This document shows positions 39,888-50,150 of a stretch of DNA of 64,000 nt, piece after piece. The position numbers and the translations under genes were made by a program. The first letter of the stretch is position 1. Each line of letters starts with the position of its first letter. This stretch comes from Candidatus Moraniibacteriota bacterium (GTDB taxonomy: Bacteria; Patescibacteriota; Minisyncoccia; Moranbacterales; UBA1568). The stretch spans positions 67,242-131,241 of the forward strand of contig CP064974.1 in the NCBI GenBank assembly GCA_016699385.1. The letters are read 5' to 3'. The notes under the pieces were generated by a model. The model had not been told where the DNA came from, made no database searches, and saw only the letters and a list, made by a program, of their open reading frames with translations.

Positions 39888-41288
39888 ATGTCATCCACTG
39901 AATCTTCACTAAAAGAATCTTCGAAGAAAAAATCAGCTCCCGAGAAGAAATCAGTCGCCACAAAGGAACAGAAAGAACCATTGCTTTTGCAAACGCTTCG
40001 CGGTATGCGAGATATTCTTCCCGATGAACAGCCGTATTGGGAGCGAATCCGTCGACTTCTTGCGAGCGCCTGTCAGGAATTCGGCTTTCAGCGAATTGAT
40101 ACTCCGATTGCCGAGTATGCGAATCTTTTCATTCGCTCTATCGGAACGGGGACGGATGTTATTGATAAAGAAATCTATCTCTTTGAAACGCGTGGTGGTG
40201 ATAAGGCAGCCCTTCGACCAGAATTGACTGCAAGCATTGCTCGCGCCTACATCGAGCATGGCATGCAGTCCTTGCCGAAACCGGTGAAGCTTTTTTCAAC
40301 AGGACCACTCTTCCGATATGACCGACCACAGGAGGGGCGCTATCGCGAGCATTGGCAGGCGAATTTTGATATTTTCGGCGAATCGGATGCCATTCTTGAT
40401 GCGCAGGTGTTCCAGATTGCGGCTCGAATCTTGACGCAGCTGGGACTCAAGAATATCGAGTTCCAAGTAAATAGCATCGGGACACTGGAAGGTCGGAAAG
40501 AATACCGGAAAATTTTGGTGCGGTATCTCGAGTCTCAACGACATAAGCTGTGTCAGAATTGCAAGGATCGTCTTCTCTTGAACCCGCTCCGCGTTCTCGA
40601 CTGCAAGGAGGATAAGTGTGTGCAAGTGACGGCAAATGCTCCTCAGTCGGCGGACTATCTTGATGCGGATTCGCGTGAGCATTTCAAACTTCTTTTGGAA
40701 TATCTTGACGAGTTGGAACTGCCGTATGTTGTGAATCCGCGATTGGTGCGCGGACTCGACTACTATACAAAGACCGTATTCGAAATTTATTCGACAAGCA
40801 CTGAACGAAATGGGAAGAAAGCATCTCTTGGCGGTGGCGGTCGCTATGATGGACTCATTAAATCACTTGGTGGTGAGCAGACGCCGGCAATTGGTTTTGC
40901 GCTCGGCATGGATCGGTTGGTTCTTGAGATGATACGACTCGGCGGCAAGCCCTATCGAGAATCGCGACCCAAGGTGTTTCTTGCGCAGCTTGGCGATTGC
41001 GCCAAGAAGAAAAGCCTTCGAGTGTTCTCGGATCTTCAAAAAAATGACATACTTGTGGCAGAGAGTTTCGGGCGAGGGAATCTCAAGGCGCAGCTTCGTG
41101 CAGCTAATCGTGTTGCCGCCGAAATCACGGTTATTATTGGGCAGAAGGAAGCTCTTGATGGAACGGCGATCGTCAAAGATATGGTAAGTGGCACACAAGA
41201 AATGGTACGACAAGACAAACTCGTTGGCGCGATCAAAAAAATCCTCAAAGGCAATGTGCAAATAAATCACAATGGGAATGGGAAATAG
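39888..41288 (+). CDS. hisS: Histidine--tRNA ligase.
   Basis: Class II aaRS motifs and HisRS signatures (LRGMRDILPDE, LFSTGPLFRYDRPQEGRYREHWQ, GGGGRYDGL) plus a C-terminal anticodon-binding domain. Confidence 0.95.
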   Translation: MSSTESSLKESSKKKSAPEKKSVATKEQKEPLLLQTLRGMRDILPDEQPYWERIRRLLASACQEFGFQRIDTPIAEYANLFIRSIGTGTDVIDKEIYLFETRGGDKAALRPELTASIARAYIEHGMQSLPKPVKLFSTGPLFRYDRPQEGRYREHWQANFDIFGESDAILDAQVFQIAARILTQLGLKNIEFQVNSIGTLEGRKEYRKILVRYLESQRHKLCQNCKDRLLLNPLRVLDCKEDKCVQVTANAPQSADYLDADSREHFKLLLEYLDELELPYVVNPRLVRGLDYYTKTVFEIYSTSTERNGKKASLGGGGRYDGLIKSLGGEQTPAIGFALGMDRLVLEMIRLGGKPYRESRPKVFLAQLGDCAKKKSLRVFSDLQKNDILVAESFGRGNLKAQLRAANRVAAEITVIIGQKEALDGTAIVKDMVSGTQEMVRQDKLVGAIKKILKGNVQINHNGNGK

Positions 41289-41305
41289 CGTTCAATAAAT
41301 TTCAG

Positions 41306-41842
41306 ATGAATTGTATGGGATTCTTTTCGAGCGATACCGTGTTTACTGCGAAGGAAATGAAATATGAGAACTTCAAGTACAGCAAAGTAATGAAGGATCT
41401 TTTGGCTGACAAAGATATCGCCGATATTCTGGATAAGAAAGATGAAAGGAAAGTTTTCTATGACAAGATGAAAGAAGTGGCGACGCGGACTCCTGGTGGG
41501 AGGCTGACTCGAAATGGACTTCGTGAAGTTCTAGGCTATTTCAGAAGTGGCAAGGCAGCGAATATCAATGCCTGGAAAGAAGCTGTGCCACTTGCTCAAA
41601 AAATTGCAAAAAAACTTCTCCCAGCAGGCACTCGCCGGTATCTTTATCAGAAGGATTGGAGCAATGATGAAATGAGGCAAGGTTCTCCTCATGCGGATAT
41701 GTCTTCATCGAGGTATTCAATGTCAAAAAAAGCAACGGGTGTGTCTGGCGGATTAGATAGTGGAAAGTCAACTCCGAGATTGTCTCGGTTTACTCCGCCG
41801 AAATCAACTCCGAGAAGTGTGCCAATGAGCCCGAGATTTTAA
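41306..41842 (+). CDS. Hypothetical basic protein with a Ser/Pro-rich C-terminus.
   Basis: 178-aa ORF with no recognisable domain. The start codon is uncertain. Confidence 0.4.
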   Translation: MNCMGFFSSDTVFTAKEMKYENFKYSKVMKDLLADKDIADILDKKDERKVFYDKMKEVATRTPGGRLTRNGLREVLGYFRSGKAANINAWKEAVPLAQKIAKKLLPAGTRRYLYQKDWSNDEMRQGSPHADMSSSRYSMSKKATGVSGGLDSGKSTPRLSRFTPPKSTPRSVPMSPRF

Positions 41843-41873
41843 GGGGGTGAATTTTGAAAATAGCTTTCCTATT

Positions 41874-42221
41874 ATGTCGACTGTTTTTACCAAGATTATT
41901 GACAGGGAAATCCCGGCAGACATCCTCTACGAGGATAATGAGGTGATAGCATTTCGAGATATTCATCCACTCGCGCCGGTACATGTCTTGGTCATTCCGA
42001 AGCGAGAAATTTCTTCGATAAACGACCTCAATCCGGATGATGCTTTACTGGTGGGGAAAATGGTCATGGTTGCTCGCGATGTGGCGCGGCACTTGAATAT
42101 TTCCGAAAAAGGGTATAAACTGCTCTTTCGGGTGGGGAGGGATGGTGGACAGGAAATCCCGCATATTCACCTGCACCTTATCGGAGGGGCTCGCCTCCAT
42201 GAGGACATTCGCCTGGTTTGA
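41874..42221 (+). CDS. HIT-family (histidine triad) nucleotide hydrolase.
   Basis: Contains the histidine triad HIHLHLIGG and the upstream AFRDIHPLAPVHVLVIPK block. The ORF could instead start at a GTG at 41847. Confidence 0.8.
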   Translation: MSTVFTKIIDREIPADILYEDNEVIAFRDIHPLAPVHVLVIPKREISSINDLNPDDALLVGKMVMVARDVARHLNISEKGYKLLFRVGRDGGQEIPHIHLHLIGGARLHEDIRLV

Positions 42222-42340
42222 GAAAGATGAAATCTTTTTGTGTTTGGAGCTTTCGCCTATGGTGCTTTGGAAAGAATGTGCTGTAGCGCTATAGGCGAGA
42301 GCCTTCAGTGATGAGGGCTTTACGAAAGGAGGTTTTTGAT

Positions 42341-42595
42341 ATGATTCATATTCGCAAGAAAGATCGTGAAACGCCGGAAAGTATGATCCGGAGGTTTTCT
42401 CGTCGCGTTCAGCAAAGCGGTGTGCTTCAGCGTGTCCGAAAGAATCGATTCCGTCTCGAAGAAAAGAGTCGAACAAAGCGGCGCGAAGAAGCGCTCTACA
42501 AGGTCAAGATTCGTAAGGAAATTGATCGCCTGAAGAAACTTGGCAAATTCGATGATGAATCACTCCGTGAAGTTCGGAAGCGTCTCAATCGATAA
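42341..42595 (+). CDS. rpsU: 30S ribosomal protein S21.
   Basis: MIHIRKKDRETPESMIRRFSRRVQQSGVLQRVRKNRF...KRREE fits the S21 family. The ORF extends to 42308. Confidence 0.8.
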   Translation: MIHIRKKDRETPESMIRRFSRRVQQSGVLQRVRKNRFRLEEKSRTKRREEALYKVKIRKEIDRLKKLGKFDDESLREVRKRLNR

Positions 42596-42606
42596 CGTGC
42601 TTTTCT

Positions 42607-43062
42607 ATGACAAGGCTCATATCGGCAGTGCATGAAGATATGAAAGAAGCGATGCGCTCGGGCGATTCGTTTCGCCGTGATACGCTCCGCTTTCTCGAGA
42701 GCGCTCTCAAAAATGCGGCACTTGAGAAGCGAATGTCGCTTTCCGAATTGTCCGATGAAGATGTATTCGTTGTATTGCGACGGAGTGTTAAACAGCGTGA
42801 GGATAGCGCTCGGCAATACCGTGCTGGTAATCGGGATGAGCTTGCCGAGAAAGAAGAGCAAGAGAAATCGATTCTCGCTGCCTATTTACCGGTTGCACCA
42901 GATGAAAGTGTGATACGCGAGGCCGTTGAAAGAGCGATCGCGGAAACAGGGGCGACATCACGAAAGGATATGGGGAAAGTTATGGGACTAGTTATGAAGT
43001 CGCTCGCGAATGCCTCGGGGAATGATGTTCGCCGTATAACAGAGAATCTCCTAGGCTCGTAG
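42607..43062 (+). CDS. GatB/YqeY domain protein.
   Basis: Conserved rpsU-yqeY gene pair. MKEAMRSGD...LRFLESALKN...AAYLP matches the YqeY family. Confidence 0.8.
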   Translation: MTRLISAVHEDMKEAMRSGDSFRRDTLRFLESALKNAALEKRMSLSELSDEDVFVVLRRSVKQREDSARQYRAGNRDELAEKEEQEKSILAAYLPVAPDESVIREAVERAIAETGATSRKDMGKVMGLVMKSLANASGNDVRRITENLLGS

Positions 43063-43086
43063 TGTGCTTCCGTACAATCATATGAA

Positions 43087-43122
43087 ACGACACTGGCACT
43101 TCTGTGCCGGTGTCGTTTTTTA
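43087..43122 (+). terminator. Rho-independent terminator after yqeY.
   Basis: 13-bp stem acgacactggcac/gtgccggtgtcgt with loop ttct, followed by tttttt. Confidence 0.7.
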
Positions 43123-43217
43123 GTGACTTCTTCGTGAATAAAATGTTTGGGAATTTTTGGGACGCACGAAGTCGTGGTAATATTGAGTCAACGTAATATT
43201 TTGATTGAACGACTCCT

Positions 43218-43577
43218 ATGAATCGGACCGTGAGAAGTTTTTCGTTTGCGGCGAGGGGGTTTCGCTATGTGCTTCGCGGCGAGCGGAATTTTCAGATTGA
43301 ACTTTTTGTAGCAGGCGTCGTCATTCTGGGTATGCTTGTCTTCGACCTTTCCGTATTGGAGCGAGTGGCGCTTATTCTTTGTATTGCTTGGGTGCTGACG
43401 CTTGAATTGGTCAATACTGCCGTGGAACGAATTATGGATGTGTTGCAGCCACGCATTCATCCGTATGCTCGCATTATCAAAGATGTCATGGCGGCGGCGG
43501 TTTTGGTTTCTGCTGGAGGGGCGCTTTTGGTAGGACTTGCCATATTCATTCCAAGGATATTGAATATGTTTCTGTAG
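43218..43577 (+). CDS. dgkA: Diacylglycerol kinase (prokaryotic DgkA family).
   Basis: 3-TM protein with ERNFQIELFVAG...LELVNTAVERIMDV...IKDVMAAAVLVS matching DgkA motifs. Confidence 0.8.
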   Translation: MNRTVRSFSFAARGFRYVLRGERNFQIELFVAGVVILGMLVFDLSVLERVALILCIAWVLTLELVNTAVERIMDVLQPRIHPYARIIKDVMAAAVLVSAGGALLVGLAIFIPRILNMFL

Positions 43578-43603
43578 GCGCTCCTCGCATATCGTTTCAC
43601 GGT

Positions 43604-43616
43604 TGTGTGGTATACT
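43604..43616 (+). promoter_or_regulatory. Candidate extended -10 promoter (TGTGGTATACT) upstream of ftsA.
   Basis: gttgtgtggtatactatc, the same core as the element at 10293..10301. Confidence 0.3.
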
Positions 43617-43762
43617 ATCTCTGATAGACTGCGATGAACAAAATATATTTTTCGAATACGATGTTTTGAGTTCGTTTTTTTGAGTTTGTTTTTCACTTGT
43701 GCGTTCTCCATTAGTTTGTTTGCGAAAGTGTCTTTTGTTTTGGTTCCTCTCTTACTTTTCGT

Positions 43763-45010
43763 ATGGGAAAGAGTAGCTGTGTTGTCGGTCTTGATATCGG
43801 ATCCGGAACTATCCGGACCGTTATTGCCGTTCCGGGAAAAGACCGTGATATTCCCCGCGTGGTCGGCGTTGGATCGATGCCGTCTTCGGGTGTTCGGCGT
43901 GGGTCGGTCGTTGATATGGAAGGGGCGATTCGCGCGCTTCTCGAATCTATTTCACGTGCTGAAGGAATGGCGGGGTTTACCGTGGACCATGCCGTTGTCG
44001 CGCTCGGCGGGCATGAGGTGTTTTTTCGTGAAACAAGCGGCGTCGTTGCTGTCGGGAAGGCAGATGGCGAAGTGCTGGAGGATGATGTGAATCGTGTGCT
44101 TGAGCAAGCGAGGAATTCGGCAACACTCTCTCCGAATCAGGAAATTCTCCACATTATTCCCAAGCAGTATCGCCTCGATGATGAGAAAAACATCAAGGAT
44201 CCTCTGGGTATGAGTGGTGTTCGTCTCGAAGTAGCGGCACTTATCATCGGAGACGCTTCCCAACATACGAAGAATATCTCTCGAGTACTCGAACAAGCCA
44301 ATATATCACTTGAACAATTTGTTGTGGCGCCACTTGCCGCGTCGGAAGCGGTTCTCGGTGCGCGTGAGCGAGAGCTTGGTGTGGCGCTCGTTGATATCGG
44401 TGCCAACACAACGTCACTCGCTGTCTTTGAAGAGAGTGATTTGTTGCATGTGAAAATTCTGCCTATTGGATCGGGGCATATTACGAATGACATTGCTATT
44501 GGTTTGCGCACATCTATTGATGTCGCTGAAGAAGTGAAGCTTCGCTATGGAAGCGCACTTCCTGGCGATATCGATCATCGTGAAGATATCGATCTTGCGG
44601 AAATAAATAGCACAGAGGATGGTGCTGTCTCGCGTCGACATGTTGCGGAAATTATCGAAGCGCGCGTCGAAGAATTGTTTCATTATGTGGACGAAGAACT
44701 GAAGGCGATTGGTCGGTCGGGACTATTGCCGGCAGGAATCGTACTGACGGGTGGTGGAGCGAAGCTCCCTGGACTTGTCGATCTCGCCAAAGAAACGCTT
44801 CGATTGCCGGCGCAAATTGGCTATCCGAAACCACTCGGCGGCGTACTTGATCGTGTAGACGATCCGGAATTCGCGACAGCAATCGGTCTCATACTGTGGG
44901 CAGAGGCAAATACCGATCATGTCTCTGGACATTCATCTTGGATGGCTACTACGAAAGTTCATGATGTTGTGAGTCGAACAAAGAAATTTCTCGGAAAGTT
45001 TTTACCCTAG
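43763..45010 (+). CDS. ftsA: Cell division protein FtsA.
   Basis: Actin-fold motifs VVGLDIGSGTIRTVIA and GIVLTGGGAKLPGL; full-length FtsA similarity. Confidence 0.9.
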   Translation: MGKSSCVVGLDIGSGTIRTVIAVPGKDRDIPRVVGVGSMPSSGVRRGSVVDMEGAIRALLESISRAEGMAGFTVDHAVVALGGHEVFFRETSGVVAVGKADGEVLEDDVNRVLEQARNSATLSPNQEILHIIPKQYRLDDEKNIKDPLGMSGVRLEVAALIIGDASQHTKNISRVLEQANISLEQFVVAPLAASEAVLGARERELGVALVDIGANTTSLAVFEESDLLHVKILPIGSGHITNDIAIGLRTSIDVAEEVKLRYGSALPGDIDHREDIDLAEINSTEDGAVSRRHVAEIIEARVEELFHYVDEELKAIGRSGLLPAGIVLTGGGAKLPGLVDLAKETLRLPAQIGYPKPLGGVLDRVDDPEFATAIGLILWAEANTDHVSGHSSWMATTKVHDVVSRTKKFLGKFLP

Positions 45011-45097
45011 CTAGCTTCATATTTGGATTGGAATCCGGTGGCGATTTTGAGAAGTGTATCGCGTGGTATACTACTGGTGTCATTCTAATATTTTTCT

Positions 45098-45472
45098 ATG
45101 TTTTCTTTTCAATCTTTGCAATTTCTCTCACTTCCGAAGAGATTGCTTCTCGCCTTTGTTGTAGGTATTCCTCTTATTGTCTTCCTCTTTTTTCTTGCAC
45201 GAAGAGGCTCCCCGTCGAGTCCGACTCAAGATGTGGCGGAAGGGATAACTCCGGAATACACAATGTCTCTCAATCCGGCACTTTCGGAGCCTCAGGATAC
45301 GACGCAATCTGCAGATTCTTCAGCACTTGACTCGCTTCAATCGGGAGCACCTCTGGGCAATATCGAACAGCAATCTATCGATCTTGATCTCCTCCGAAAG
45401 AAGGTTGGGAAAAATGTGCTCTCCTCAACAGATGTTCAACAAATGGAACTCGATAGGAAAGTCATTCAATAA
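45098..45472 (+). CDS. Hypothetical small membrane-anchored protein.
   Basis: TM segment LLLAFVVGIPLIVFLFFLA. AT-rich region. The start is uncertain; an alternative lies at 45028. Confidence 0.35.
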   Translation: MFSFQSLQFLSLPKRLLLAFVVGIPLIVFLFFLARRGSPSSPTQDVAEGITPEYTMSLNPALSEPQDTTQSADSSALDSLQSGAPLGNIEQQSIDLDLLRKKVGKNVLSSTDVQQMELDRKVIQ

Positions 45473-45515
45473 TTAAATAGGAGCTGGTTTTTTTGGTGTT
45501 TTTAAAAAAATATAT

Positions 45516-46352
45516 ATGAGACACAAATCTTCATCTTCGAAGGTCGCGCAGTTCTTTCGAAAATCTTTGTTTGTTCTTGCAGTTCTCGTTGTTTCTGGAG
45601 GGGTAGTCTTTCTTGTTCGCCGAGGGAATGCGGATTCTGTTCCGGGATTTACTGCTTTTCAGGCAGCTGATATGGGCTCGAGAGCGGTTATTGAAGAAAT
45701 GAAGAATCTGAGTGAAGGTGATGCGATTACTCGTCTCAATGGAATTTGCGAAGACGGTATTATATCAGGAAAGAATTCTTCGGGAGAATATCAAGTGGTA
45801 TTCCGCGATAGCTCTGATCAGCCGATGGGTTGTTCGGAATCACTCGGTGACGTTGCCTCTATAGAGACAACAGGAATATTCGGCACGGAAAAGCGTATTG
45901 TTCGATCTGTGCTCGCACAGAGTACTCCGGCAGTGGATAGCAATGTCTATGTGACAACTGGATCTGAATCGCAGTACAAAAAAGGAGCGCTTGGTATAGG
46001 TGGATTGCTTAAAGCGTATTCCGGTATCAATGCAAGCGGTAATCGAGTGACAAATGTCGCGGCTCCGGCAAGCTCAAGCGATGTGGCAACAAAGGGGTAT
46101 GTGGATGCTGCAGGAGGCGGCGGCTCATGTAGTGGTGGAGTGAGTGGGGGGTGCACTGGGAGCTTTGGGTCACTGACTGGTGGGAGCATTCAGTCAGTGT
46201 GGGGAAAGGGATGCAAGGCAGTCTATGCTTCAGCGGTTAACTGTTCTGGTGCAGCAGATGCTTCGTATGAATGTGGTGAAGTTTATTCGACTGATGACAT
46301 CCAAGGATCTGCATCCTATAGAACTTTTTATTGTCTCTGTGCTCCCAGGTAG
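45516..46352 (+). CDS. Hypothetical membrane-anchored Cys/Gly-rich protein carrying a phage-fibre-like motif.
   Basis: N-terminal TM segment LFVLAVLVVSGGVVFLV. The motif GNRVTNVAAPASSSDVATKGYVDAAGG resembles a short motif that is recurrent in tail fibres. The C-terminal 90 aa contain 9 Cys in a Gly/Ser-rich context. Confidence 0.55.
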   Translation: MRHKSSSSKVAQFFRKSLFVLAVLVVSGGVVFLVRRGNADSVPGFTAFQAADMGSRAVIEEMKNLSEGDAITRLNGICEDGIISGKNSSGEYQVVFRDSSDQPMGCSESLGDVASIETTGIFGTEKRIVRSVLAQSTPAVDSNVYVTTGSESQYKKGALGIGGLLKAYSGINASGNRVTNVAAPASSSDVATKGYVDAAGGGGSCSGGVSGGCTGSFGSLTGGSIQSVWGKGCKAVYASAVNCSGAADASYECGEVYSTDDIQGSASYRTFYCLCAPR

Positions 46353-46459
46353 TCGAGTAACTCCCTCTGTTTCTTTGGAGGATGATTGGCAAATGAGTCT
46401 CTGTGATTCTTTTGACACTGCGTTTCTGTGGTGAAGAGGCTCTTTCTTTGGAATCGAGT

Positions 46460-47023
46460 ATGATACGGTTGCTTTGTTTGTTCTTTCTGTGCGTGCTTCT
46501 TTTTGGCGGAGTAGGCATCTTTGTTTGGAAAATGAAATTTTCGAACGTTGTTCCGGTATTAAATAATACGTGCCCGCACTCTCTCGAGACGAGGATTGTT
46601 CGAGGGGTTTCCATGGAGCCGCTATTCCTTCCGGGGGATACGATAAAAGTTTCTTTTGGATGGTATGCTTGTCATATTCCTGAGAGAGACGATAGTGTTC
46701 TCGCTTCTTTCCTTGGAAATGAATCGCCAATCTTAAAACGTATTCGAGGGATTCCTGACGACGCTTTCGGTGTGAGTATTCTTCCAGACGGAGAGGGCAT
46801 ATTCCTGGTGAATAATGAGACACTGAAGAACTCACTTGGTGTTCCATATCATCTTCCTCCTGTTCGAGCAGAGCTCTGGAAATCATACCAGGAGCAATTC
46901 CATGGGATTGTTCCACCTGATTCCTTTCTCATATTTGGAGAGGTGGCGACAGGTTCTTTGGATTCGTCACAATTTGGCTTTGTTGAGCGGAAAAATTTGT
47001 TGGGAAAGGTGTGGGGACGGTAG
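46460..47023 (+). CDS. Divergent S26-family (signal-peptidase-I-like) serine peptidase.
   Basis: The catalytic Ser box VRGVSMEP and Lys box ILKRIRGIPDD are present, but the canonical box E is degenerate. N-terminal TM segment. The ORF extends to a GTG at 46403. Confidence 0.6.
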   Translation: MIRLLCLFFLCVLLFGGVGIFVWKMKFSNVVPVLNNTCPHSLETRIVRGVSMEPLFLPGDTIKVSFGWYACHIPERDDSVLASFLGNESPILKRIRGIPDDAFGVSILPDGEGIFLVNNETLKNSLGVPYHLPPVRAELWKSYQEQFHGIVPPDSFLIFGEVATGSLDSSQFGFVERKNLLGKVWGR

Positions 47024-47311
47024 CATTTGAGCTTTTCTTGATTCTCTGATACACTGCGCGGTAGCGAGGGTCTTCTGGGGGCGACTCTTCTGCAGGATTC
47101 CAAAAAAAGATATACAAGCCAGTTTCCGAGAGTGTCCTCATGTGTGGAGTTTTCTCCGTATCTCGGGGGCACGTCCGGGCTGGCTTTTCTTGACACTGTT
47201 TTTTGCCTCGTGATAAAGTGGGGCATTCTCATGAAGTCCGTTTTTTTGTTTGCTCTCCTTCTGGGAGTTCAGGAAGTGTATTCTCTCTTTGCCTAAACCT
47301 CTTTCGTGCGT

Positions 47312-48652
47312 ATGGCTGAAATCAAACCGGCAATAGAAACCTTTGCAAAAATAAAAGTCGTGGGCGTTGGCGGATCGGGATGCAATGCCGTCTCGCGCAT
47401 GATCGAAGCGAAGATCAAGGGTGTTGAGTTTGTTGTTGTTAATACTGATGCGCAGGCGCTTCATCACTCGCGCGCGAGTGAAAAAATTCACATCGGAAAA
47501 AATCTGACCAAGGGGCTTGGCGCCGGTATGAATCCGGAAATCGGTCGGCAGGCGTCCGAAGAGAATCGTGATGAAATCCAGGAAGTCTTGAAGGGTGCCG
47601 ACATGGTGTTTGTCACCTGTGGTTTGGGTGGGGGAACCGGATCGGGTGCGGCGCCTATTGTCGCTGAGACTGCCAAGGAAATCGGCGCACTCACGGTTGG
47701 TGTGGTGACAAAGCCGTTTGCATTCGAGGGCGCCCAACGACGCGCGATTGCCGAAGAAGCACTTCGCAATATGCAGGAGCGCGTGGATGCACTGATTACA
47801 ATTCCAAATGACAAACTTCTTTCCATTATCGATCGAAAGACGACCCTCATCAATGCGTTTCGTATTGTGGATGACGTGCTTCGCCAGGGGGTGCAAGGCA
47901 TATCAGATCTTATTACCCGACCAGGTATCGTAAATGTCGACTTTGCCGATGTGCGTGCGATTATGGAGGATAGTGGTAGTGCACTTATGGGTATCGGTAT
48001 CGCCTCGGGTGAAAATCGTGCTATGGAAGCGGCAAAGGCGGCAATTAATAGCCCCTTGCTCGATCTTTCAATTGACGGTGCCAAGGGAGTCCTCTTCAAC
48101 ATCTCCGGATCGAGCGACGTCACGATGCTCGAAATTAATGAGGCGGCAAATATTATCACAGAAAACATCGATCCAAATGCCAAAGTCATTTTTGGTGCGG
48201 TTTCCGATGATCAGGTGAGGAAGGGTGAGGTGCAGATTACGGTTGTGGCGACCGGGTTTGATAACGGGCGGACGGTTGAGGATCCGTTCCGGAAGCTCTC
48301 TCGCGTCTCGGCAATGAAAGATGATCAACATGATAATCATCGGGATGTGCACGATGATCGTCGTGTTGTCCGTGAGACGGTTCCTGTCCGCGAGACTCCT
48401 GTAGCATCGACATCGTTTGAGTCAGTGGAGAGAACTTCTCAGCGAGAGGAATCAACTGATGAATTGACACAACCGACGGAAGATCCTAATGGAAGAATGT
48501 TTCCAACGCGGAAGCTGGAGCCAAAAATGATTATCGAAGAAAAGATAGCGCCTCGAACGACACCGATTCATGGTGATGCGAAGGATGACTTTTCTGATGA
48601 AGATGATTTGGAAGTCCCAGCTTTCATTCGGAGGAAAATGAAGAAGAACTGA
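47312..48652 (+). CDS. ftsZ: Cell division protein FtsZ.
   Basis: Tubulin signature GGGTGSG and [14 protein letters not shown]; a long disordered C-terminal linker ends in the conserved peptide [12 protein letters not shown]. Confidence 0.95.
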   Translation: MAEIKPAIETFAKIKVVGVGGSGCNAVSRMIEAKIKGVEFVVVNTDAQALHHSRASEKIHIGKNLTKGLGAGMNPEIGRQASEENRDEIQEVLKGADMVFVTCGLGGGTGSGAAPIVAETAKEIGALTVGVVTKPFAFEGAQRRAIAEEALRNMQERVDALITIPNDKLLSIIDRKTTLINAFRIVDDVLRQGVQGISDLITRPGIVNVDFADVRAIMEDSGSALMGIGIASGENRAMEAAKAAINSPLLDLSIDGAKGVLFNISGSSDVTMLEINEAANIITENIDPNAKVIFGAVSDDQVRKGEVQITVVATGFDNGRTVEDPFRKLSRVSAMKDDQHDNHRDVHDDRRVVRETVPVRETPVASTSFESVERTSQREESTDELTQPTEDPNGRMFPTRKLEPKMIIEEKIAPRTTPIHGDAKDDFSDEDDLEVPAFIRRKMKKN

Positions 48653-48661
48653 TTTCTGTCT

Positions 48662-50119
48662 ATGACGGCTTCGCGGGTATTTCGGATGGGGATGCTTTGT
48701 AGCATCGGAGGGACCGGAATCGGTCTCTTTTTTTCATGGTCTCTTGGTATAGCACTCTTTGTGTGTGCCGTGGCTATCGTTGGGATGACAGTATGGCATT
48801 TTGAAAGGTTTTTTGCTCTGGTAGCATGCGTGATTGTACTTCTTGTTTTGTTCTTTGGATCGTGGTTTCGAGCGTCGCAGGTTGTATCGAAATGGGAAAC
48901 ACTCCCAGACGCATCAGTGCATCTCGAACGCGCCATCATTATCGATCGAGTCAAGCAGACAGAGCATGCGAAGCAAGCACTTCTGAAGCCAATTTCGTGC
49001 GGAGAGAGTTCTTGTCCCTCGACTCGAGTGTTGGGCACCTTTCCTTCTTTTGCTGATATAGCCGATGGCGATGTGATTTCTCTCTCGTGTACCTTGGAGA
49101 GACCGACATCATTCACGTCGGACTTCGATTATCCGAAAGTGCTCGCAAAAGACGGCGTCGGCTCTATTTGTCGATTTCCAAAGGAATGGAAAAAAGAAGG
49201 GGTGTCAGGAAGTATCTTTGCTCGCATGATTCGGGAAACTCGTACGGTAGTGGAAACGGTATTGGAGCGGGCGATACCGGAGCCGGAATCTGGACTCGTG
49301 CTCGGACTGATAGTCGGTGGAGACGGGCGATTGTCGAAAGGTATTCAGGACGAGTTTTCTCGCACGGGTCTTTCGCATATCGTCGCTGTTTCCGGGTACA
49401 ATGTTTCGATTATCGCGGTCATATTCATAAACGCGCTTATTTTCTTTGGGCTGTATCGGCAACAGGCTTTTTGGGGCGCCCTTATTGGCATTGTGTTTTT
49501 TACGCTCCTTGTGGGTGCGCCAGCATCTGCGGTGCGGGCGGCGGTTATGGTTTCGGTGGCGCTTCTTGCGACGAGGATGGGCAGAGTGGGGAATCCGATA
49601 AACGGTATTCTCTTTGCGGCAGTTGGTATGCTGTGTATTAATCCGCTTCTTCTTCGATACGATATTGGCTTCCAGCTTTCTTTTGCGGCGACGCTTGGGA
49701 TTTTTCTTGTCACGCCATTTGCACTGCTTTCTCTCCGGGCGGGAGATGTCGTTGCTACGACTCTTGCTGCCGAGCTCTTCGTGTTGCCGATTATCCTGTT
49801 TCATTTTCATGCGCTTCCAGCACTTTCGCTCGCGGTCAATGTGCTCGTTCTTCCATTGGTGCCACTCGCGATGATATGTGGCGTGTTCGCATTTTGTTTC
49901 GGTGGAATACTTCCGTCACTTGCTGCAGTGTTTGGTTTTCCGGCATTTCTTGTTTCGCGTGCCATTCTTGAAATCATTCATTTCTTTGCCTCTCAACCAT
50001 TTGCTTCGGTTTCGGTGGCAAGCTTTGGCGTAGGGGCAGTAATTCTGTGGTATGGATGTATAGGCACGGCACTCGTCTTTCTTCGACGGAAATTCCCCAC
50101 AGCGTTGTCATTTAGATAG
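48662..50119 (+). CDS. comEC: ComEC/Rec2 DNA-uptake channel, membrane (competence) domain, encoded separately from the MBL domain.
   Basis: Competence-domain motifs GLVLGLIVGGDGRLSKGIQDEFSRTGLSHIVAVSGYNVSI and more than 8 TM helices. Confidence 0.8.
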   Translation: MTASRVFRMGMLCSIGGTGIGLFFSWSLGIALFVCAVAIVGMTVWHFERFFALVACVIVLLVLFFGSWFRASQVVSKWETLPDASVHLERAIIIDRVKQTEHAKQALLKPISCGESSCPSTRVLGTFPSFADIADGDVISLSCTLERPTSFTSDFDYPKVLAKDGVGSICRFPKEWKKEGVSGSIFARMIRETRTVVETVLERAIPEPESGLVLGLIVGGDGRLSKGIQDEFSRTGLSHIVAVSGYNVSIIAVIFINALIFFGLYRQQAFWGALIGIVFFTLLVGAPASAVRAAVMVSVALLATRMGRVGNPINGILFAAVGMLCINPLLLRYDIGFQLSFAATLGIFLVTPFALLSLRAGDVVATTLAAELFVLPIILFHFHALPALSLAVNVLVLPLVPLAMICGVFAFCFGGILPSLAAVFGFPAFLVSRAILEIIHFFASQPFASVSVASFGVGAVILWYGCIGTALVFLRRKFPTALSFR

Positions 50120-50150
50120 TTATCTCTGAATTTTTAGGTAAGAGTTTTCC

